From Polyangiaceae bacterium (GTDB lineage: Bacteria > Myxococcota_A > Polyangia > Polyangiales > Polyangiaceae): a stretch of DNA of 14,087 nt. The notes under the pieces are model-generated. The model was not told the DNA's origin. It did not search any database and saw only the letters and a program-made list of their open reading frames with translations. Made by a program: the position numbers and the translations under genes. This document shows, piece after piece, positions 7,613 through 14,087 of this stretch. The first letter of the stretch is position 1; the number at the start of each line of letters is the position of its first letter. The stretch covers positions 1-14,087 of the forward strand of contig JBGANF010000177.1 in NCBI GenBank assembly GCA_044222475.1, in the 5' to 3' direction.

Positions 7613-8600
7613 TCAGGGGACCGGAACGGTCCAGCCGAGACCGCCGCCGTTCAGGGCGGGCCGCTCCGCCGTCGTTGCCGCCGCGATGAAGTAGGCGGCG
7701 AGCGCTCCACCCACGACGAGCACCCCGAGTCCGGTCCAGAACCACCACCGGGCAGTGATCGGAGGCTTGTCGACCGGGAGCTTCGCGAAGACGTTCACGC
7801 TCTCGCCCGCTTGCGCCGAGACTCGCGATTCGTAGGCGACGAAGCCGCTCTTCTTGACTCGGACGAGGTAGTCACCGGCTGGTCGTGACAGCTCGAGGGG
7901 CGTCGCACCGACGTCGACACCTTCGATCGACGCGGCCGCGCCGCCGGGGTCGGAGCCGATGTGAAACGTGGCCGGGAGCTTGTCGAGTGCGAGACGCAGC
8001 GGAATGGACGTGCCCGGTGAGAACGTCTTGTTGACGACGCTGTCCGAGAATCCCTTCCGCGTGAGCGTGAAGACGTGAGCTCCGGGGTCGAGCAGTACGT
8101 GGAACGTGGGGCCAGGCGCTGGCTCCGGTGGGCCCGGCGTTCGAATGCCCGCGACCAGCACCGACGCGGACGCGGTCGACGGTCCGAGTGGTCGCCCGTC
8201 GACGGCGATCGAAGCGCCCCCCGGTTCGAGAGTGAGCGTCACGTCCACCAGCAGGCGCTCGATCTCGTCGAGGTACCCCTTCATTTCGGTGACGACCCCT
8301 TGAGGTAGCTCGGCGCCCTGCGCCGCGTCGTTCTGCGCGCGCGCGTGGAGGAACGTCTCGCGAGCGAGGGTGTAGCGCCCGAGGGCGCGCTGGCAGGCGC
8401 CGATGTTGTAGGTCGTCACGGCGTGCGGTCGCGTCGCCGCGGAGTGCTCGAACTCGGTGAGTGCCTCGGCCCACTGAGCGTTCTTCACCAGCGCCGCGCC
8501 TCGCAGGAACTGATCGCGTGCCTGCGTGACGGAGTCGTCGTCGGCGTGCGCGGTCGTGCTCGCTGCGAGCGCGACGCATACGAAGAGCGCAGCGAGGAAC

Positions 8601-8620
<20 letters not shown>
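7613..8620 (-). CDS. Signal-peptide, TPR-like and PEGA domain protein with C-terminal membrane anchor (335 aa)
   Basis: Signal peptide ending AHA|DD. TPR-like WAEALTEF...YNIGACQRALGRY. Two PEGA-like units (IAVDG...LDPGAHVFTLTRKGF and IEGVDVGATP...AGDYLVRVKKSGF). TM RWWFWTGLGVLVVGGALAAYFI. TTG start with GGAGG 5 nt upstream; overlaps the kinase end by 20 nt. Confidence 0.88.
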
Positions 8621-9965
<1,345 letters not shown>

Positions 9966-10054
9966 GGGGAAAAGTAGACACCCGACGACGCGGCGTCGCA
10001 AGGGATCATTCGGAGCTTGCGCCGCCCCGCCGCATCGGCGAAAACCCGGGGAAC

Positions 10055-10966
10055 ATGCTCGGAATCGACCTCACCGGAAAGCGCGCATTCGTCGCCGGCA
10101 TCGCCGACGACGGCGGGTTCGGCTTCGCGATCGCGAAGGCCCTCATCGAAGCGGGGGCGACGGTATGCGTCGGCACCTGGCCGCCCGCGTTCGGCATCTT
10201 CACGACGCTCCTCTCGCGCGGCAAGCTCGACGCGTCGCGCAAGCTCTCGTCCGGCAAGCTCCTCGAGTTCGAGAAGATCTACCCGCTCGACGCCGAGTTC
10301 GACACCGTCGACCAGGCGCCCGAAGAGCTCCGCGCGAGCAAGCGCTACGCCGACAAGGGCGACTTCTCGATCCAGGGCGCTGCCGCGGCCATGCAGAAGG
10401 ACTTCGGCGACTCCTGCGTCGACATCGTGATCCACTCGCTCGCCAACGGGCCCGAGGTGAAGAAGCCCCTCCTCGAGACGTCGCGCCACGGATACCTCAG
10501 CGCGATCGGCGTGAGCGCCTACTCGATGGTCTCGATGGTGCAGCGCTTCGGTCCCCTCATGCGCAAGGGCGGGTCGTTTCTCTCGCTCACCTACATGGCG
10601 TCGGAGCGTGCGGTCCCTGGGTACGGCGGCGGCATGTCGAGCGCGAAGGCCGCGCTCGAGAGCGACACGCGACTCTTGGCGTTCGAGGCCGGCCGCAAGT
10701 GGGGTCATCGCGTCAACACGATCTCCGCCGGCCCGTACGCGTCGCGCGCCGCGAGCGCGATCGGCATCATCGACGCGATGGTCGCCTACGCGTCCGAGAA
10801 CTCGCCGATCACGCGCGAGCTCGAGAGCGCCGACGTCGGCGCCACCGCGGCGTTCCTCGCGAGCCCGCTCGCGGCCGCGATCACCGGCACCACCATTTAC
10901 GTCGACAACGGCTACCACACGATGGGCAAGGCGGTCGCCGATCGCTTCTCGCCCCCGCAGACGTGA
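10055..10966 (+). CDS. fabI: Enoyl-[acyl-carrier-protein] reductase (NADH), plant-plastid/chlamydial type
   Basis: [49 protein letters not shown], catalytic [35 protein letters not shown] and YVDNG. These are hallmark motifs of the plant-type ENR clade. Confidence 0.95.
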   Translation: MLGIDLTGKRAFVAGIADDGGFGFAIAKALIEAGATVCVGTWPPAFGIFTTLLSRGKLDASRKLSSGKLLEFEKIYPLDAEFDTVDQAPEELRASKRYADKGDFSIQGAAAAMQKDFGDSCVDIVIHSLANGPEVKKPLLETSRHGYLSAIGVSAYSMVSMVQRFGPLMRKGGSFLSLTYMASERAVPGYGGGMSSAKAALESDTRLLAFEAGRKWGHRVNTISAGPYASRAASAIGIIDAMVAYASENSPITRELESADVGATAAFLASPLAAAITGTTIYVDNGYHTMGKAVADRFSPPQT

Positions 10967-12039
10967 GCCGCGTCGAGCTGAAGACGCGGCCTCCGCGCGC
11001 CGGAGAAGAGCTCGATGCAGTCGCGCTGGCCGCGTACCTCGGAGCGAACCTGCCCGAGCTCGCCGGCGTCTCCCCGTCGGAGATCGAGGTCACGCAGTTC
11101 CCCGGCGGTCACTCGAACCTGACGTACCTGCTTCGGGTCGCGTCGCGCGAGATCGTCCTCCGGCGCCCGCCGTTCGGCAACCGGGTCAAGACCGCGCACG
11201 ACATGACGCGCGAGGCGCGCTACCTCACCGCCATCGCGCCGTCGTACCGACGGGTGCCCAAGGTGCTCGCGATCTGCGACGACGAGAGCGTCCTCGGCGC
11301 TCCCTTCTTCTTGATGGAGCCCGTGCGCGGCGTCACGTTCCGTCGCACGCCGCCGCCGGGCGTGACCATCGACGAGACGATCGCGAAGCAGCTCTCGGTC
11401 ACGACGGTCGATGGCCTCGTCGAGCTCCACGCGGTCCCGCTAGACGAGAAGCTGCGGGGCCTCGGCAAGCCCGAGGGGTTCGTCGAGCGTCAGGTGCGCG
11501 GGTGGGCGGAGCGCTACGAGAAGGCGAAGACCGACGACGTCGCGGACATCCCTCCGGTCGTGCAGTGGCTCGTCGACCACATGCCGAACGAGCCTGGAGC
11601 GACGCTGATCCACAACGACTGGAAGCTCGACAACCTGGTCCTCGATCCGAACGACTACTCGAACATCGTGGCCGTGCTCGACTGGGAGATGTCCACCATC
11701 GGCGACCCGCTGATGGACGTCGGCACCATGCTCTCCTACTGGGTCGAGCGCGCCGACTCCGACGAGCAGCAGTTCTTCACGTTCGGGCCGACGAACGCGC
11801 CGGGCGCGCTCACCCGCGCCGAAGCCGCCTCGCGCTACGCCGAGAAGAGCGGACGCGATCTGCGGAACATCGTCTTCTACTACGCGTTTGCGTGCTTCAA
11901 GACCGCGGTCGTCGCCCAGCAGATCTATGCAAGATACAAGAAAGGCCTCACCACCGACGAGCGCTTCGCGATGATGATCGTGGGCGTGAAGGTCCTCTCG
12001 GCCGCGGCGCGCAAGGCCATCGACACCGGAAAGCTCTAG
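10963..12039 (+). CDS. APH-fold phosphotransferase, ACAD10/11 N-terminal kinase (LvaA)-like (358 aa)
   Basis: [34 protein letters not shown], Brenner-type HNDWKLDN and [15 protein letters not shown]. The GTG start overlaps the fabI stop (GTGA). The ORF-track start at 9940 is a spurious extension. Confidence 0.92.
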   Translation: MSRVELKTRPPRAGEELDAVALAAYLGANLPELAGVSPSEIEVTQFPGGHSNLTYLLRVASREIVLRRPPFGNRVKTAHDMTREARYLTAIAPSYRRVPKVLAICDDESVLGAPFFLMEPVRGVTFRRTPPPGVTIDETIAKQLSVTTVDGLVELHAVPLDEKLRGLGKPEGFVERQVRGWAERYEKAKTDDVADIPPVVQWLVDHMPNEPGATLIHNDWKLDNLVLDPNDYSNIVAVLDWEMSTIGDPLMDVGTMLSYWVERADSDEQQFFTFGPTNAPGALTRAEAASRYAEKSGRDLRNIVFYYAFACFKTAVVAQQIYARYKKGLTTDERFAMMIVGVKVLSAAARKAIDTGKL

Positions 12040-13328
12040 TTCCCGGCGAAGCCGAACCAGAGGTGGGCCGTCTTCGGGCCCTTCTGCGAGTAGAGGACGA
12101 ACTCGGAGCCGCCGAACGCGCCGTTCTTCACGCGCTTGATGGTCAGGTGGAGGACGTCGCCGTTGTTGCCGATCTGCTTGTCCCAGTCGAACTCGAGCTC
12201 CTTCGCGCCGCCGTTGAAGTAGCTTCCGTCGACGGCTTGAATCGTCCAGTCGTCGGTGGGCGCGTCGCTGAAGAGCTGCACGTCGATCGTCTTGCTCTGA
12301 CCGTTCGGGACCTGGACGCCCTTGGTGGGGATCTTCGTTCCGTAGATGTTCGCGGTCACCTTGTCGGGGAACACGGGCGCGGAGTTGAAGTAGACGTCGC
12401 CGGGGATGAGCGGCACGCAGGGATCGTGGCCGGCAGCCGCCGACTTGTTCGACCAGATCTTCGTCACGGGGAGGTTGGCGACGAGGCGCGGGTAGTTCTG
12501 CGGCTCGTAGGTGCACATGTCGCCGACCTCGCCGAGCGGGACGACGTTCCAAATGACGTGCTCGGCGTTGACGCGGCTGTAGGCCGGGTCCGTCACCGCG
12601 AGCGGGTCCGTCGCCGCTTCGACGAGCTCGTGCGAGATGGTCGTGGTCACCGCGTCGATCCCCTTGAACGAAGCGAAGTTCGTGCACCGGGGGATGACGG
12701 AGTAGACGATCTCCTTGCCGGTCTTCGTCTTCGTCTCGAAGTGGTAGCCGCCGTAGTTCTGGCAGCTCGTCCCGAAGTCCGGCTGGGAGATGATCGTCGT
12801 CTCGGGATACATGATGAGGTAGATGTTGTTCACGTCGACGGCGGGGAACTCGGGGTGCGTGCCGTCGAGCTTGTCGGCGAGCCATGCCTCGATCTGGTCG
12901 CTCGTCGTGTTGGTCGGTGCGCTCTCCGTGAGGACGACCGCCGGCGCGATCGAGATGTCACCGACGCCGTACTCTTCGGTCGTCGTCTTCCACCAGCTGG
13001 AGCCGGGCATCGCGGCGAAGAAACCGTCGAGCTGAGGCTTGAACGCGTCGGCGCCGAAGTAGATGGGGACGACCTTCGGAGCGGTGAGGACGGGGCCGCC
13101 GTAGGTCTCGACGACCGGGGGCTTGGGGTGCGGCGCGGGGTAGCCGACGTCGGGGCGCGCGGCCACGTCGGCGCCCGCATCCGGGTCGATGGCGGCGTCG
13201 GTGTCGGCGTCGCCGGGACCGGGGTTTGCCGTGGACCCGCCGCACGCAACGGTCCCAAGAGCTACGGTGAACGTCAGCGCCGAGCCGAACAGAAGCCGGG
13301 CGAAATGAAAGGGGAGGCCGCTCCGCAT
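12036..13328 (-). CDS. Lipoprotein (430 aa), PHI-1/EXORDIUM-like with HExxE motif
   Basis: Signal MRSG...ALTFTVALGTVA-C29, Asp/Ala/Gly linker, then YGGPVL...VPIYFG, CQNYGGYH, YSVIPRC, SHELVEAATDP, GEVGDMC and WSNKSAAAGHDPC. Start is ATG 13328 just after a sigma-54-like element; the ORF-track start 13847 overlaps the next gene. The family name is from motif recall. Confidence 0.85.
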   Translation of the reverse strand: MRSGLPFHFARLLFGSALTFTVALGTVACGGSTANPGPGDADTDAAIDPDAGADVAARPDVGYPAPHPKPPVVETYGGPVLTAPKVVPIYFGADAFKPQLDGFFAAMPGSSWWKTTTEEYGVGDISIAPAVVLTESAPTNTTSDQIEAWLADKLDGTHPEFPAVDVNNIYLIMYPETTIISQPDFGTSCQNYGGYHFETKTKTGKEIVYSVIPRCTNFASFKGIDAVTTTISHELVEAATDPLAVTDPAYSRVNAEHVIWNVVPLGEVGDMCTYEPQNYPRLVANLPVTKIWSNKSAAAGHDPCVPLIPGDVYFNSAPVFPDKVTANIYGTKIPTKGVQVPNGQSKTIDVQLFSDAPTDDWTIQAVDGSYFNGGAKELEFDWDKQIGNNGDVLHLTIKRVKNGAFGGSEFVLYSQKGPKTAHLWFGFAGN

Positions 13329-13342
13329 GGGGACGGGACTGA

Positions 13343-13358
13343 AGCAACAATCGCTCCA
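13343..13358 (-). promoter_or_regulatory. Sigma-54-like -24/-12 promoter
   Basis: The minus strand reads TGGAGCGATTGTTGCT, with GG-N10-GC spacing and TTGCT at -12. Predicted +1 is about 13332 and the ATG is at 13328. Confidence 0.6.
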
Positions 13359-13396
13359 CCTGGATTTGCCTGGGGTTTTCGGCGGTCCGCGAGGGA

Positions 13397-13414
13397 TCGT
13401 TAGCCGGCTTACGA
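13397..13414. promoter_or_regulatory. Palindromic operator/UAS candidate, copy C (TCGTTAGCCGGCTTACGA)
   Basis: 18-bp palindrome with one mismatched pair in the 104-bp gap between the tandem paralogs. No loop or U-tract, so not terminator-like. The core matches copies A and B. Confidence 0.6.
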
Positions 13415-13432
13415 CATCGGGGCGGGGAAGGG

Positions 13433-14087
13433 TCAGTTCCCGACCACCCCCCACCAGGTGTGGCCTTGGGCCCCGACGTGCGAAAAAATGACGAAGACCG
13501 TCGCGTCGGTCGCGCTCTGGACGAGCCGCGTGATCGTGAGGTGCCGGACCACGCCCGGGTGTGCCGTCACGTCGTCGAAGCGGAGGTCGATCTCGGGTGC
13601 CCCACCGGCGACTCGATGCGCGTCCTGGGCGTCGAGCGTCCACGAGTCGATCGTGCCGTCGCTGAAGGGGATGACGTCGATCGTGCGCGACTCGCCGACC
13701 GGCACCCGCACGCTCTTCGCGCTCGTCTTCCCGCTTCCGAAGTGCAGCGACAACGTCTGTGGGAAGACCGGCTCGGCGTTGAAGTACGGGCCCGGAAGCG
13801 CCGGGACGCACGGATCGAGGCCAGCGCTGGCGGCGCGGTTCGACCACGCTCGCGCGACGGATTGGCCTTCCGCGAGGTTCGCGTAGGGCGTGGGGTCGAA
13901 GCTACACAGGTCGCTGACCTCGCCGCCGGCCCTGAGCGCCCACCCGACCCCCCGATCGTCGGGGAGTGAATACGCCGGGTGCGAGTCGACGAACGGGTCG
14001 GTCGCAGCCTCGACGAGCTCGTGGGTCACGCTCCGCGTCAGCGCGTCCAGCACCGTCTCTTCCCCGGTGACGCACCGCGGGATGGCA
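13433..14087 (-). CDS. Paralog of the 12036-13328 protein, 5'-partial (start lies beyond the right edge)
   Basis: The frame stays open to the edge: ...AIPRCVTGEETVLDALTRSVTHELVEAATDP...GGEVSDLC...WSNRAASAGLDPCVP...YFN...TWWGVVGN*. Colinear with the neighbour, including the C-terminal WxGxxGN. Confidence 0.88.
   Translation of the reverse strand, partial: AIPRCVTGEETVLDALTRSVTHELVEAATDPFVDSHPAYSLPDDRGVGWALRAGGEVSDLCSFDPTPYANLAEGQSVARAWSNRAASAGLDPCVPALPGPYFNAEPVFPQTLSLHFGSGKTSAKSVRVPVGESRTIDVIPFSDGTIDSWTLDAQDAHRVAGGAPEIDLRFDDVTAHPGVVRHLTITRLVQSATDATVFVIFSHVGAQGHTWWGVVGN

Noticed and set aside
9986..9998. Palindrome CGACGC-G-GCGTCG in the kinase/fabI divergent gap
   Set aside because: Short and almost all GC, so expected by chance at this composition. 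No second intergenic copy was noticed.
10963..12039. Aminoglycoside resistance gene (APH)
   Set aside because: Motifs [14 protein letters not shown], AHDMxRE and [10 protein letters not shown], plus the nearby ACAD, indicate the ACAD10/11-type metabolic kinase subfamily.
13329..13847. N-terminal 173-aa extension of the 12036..13847 ORF
   Set aside because: It overlaps the paralog in another frame and is Arg-rich. The signal peptide and promoter point to ATG 13328.

Overview
GC-rich chromosomal window. Its gene content (Ser/Thr kinase next to a TPR/PEGA gene, DUF4388-like protein, acidic-linker lipoproteins, sigma-54 promoters) suggests a myxobacterium, probably Polyangiales-like; this is an inference. 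I support 11 CDS. Left to right: a partial membrane protein (-, missing from the ORF track), a lipoprotein with a clan-CD-like His/Cys pair, a DUF4388/MshEN-like-TPR-TM-PEGA protein, a 6TM+RCK ion channel with a non-GYG pore, an ACAD10/11 (LvaC)-like acyl-CoA dehydrogenase, a TPR/PEGA protein and a Ser/Thr kinase (both -), a plant/chlamydial-type FabI, an ACAD10/11 (LvaA)-like phosphotransferase, and two tandem paralogs with a HELVEAATDP motif (-, PHI-1/EXORDIUM-like; the complete one is a lipoprotein). No RNA genes, CRISPR or mobile elements were seen. The most interesting non-coding signal is that two unrelated lipoprotein genes 12 kb apart each have a sigma-54 -24/-12 element just before the ATG, and both upstream regions carry the same 16-bp palindrome (CGTYAGCCGGCTRACG). 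This is a candidate enhancer-binding-protein regulon. Family assignments come from motif recognition, not database searches.
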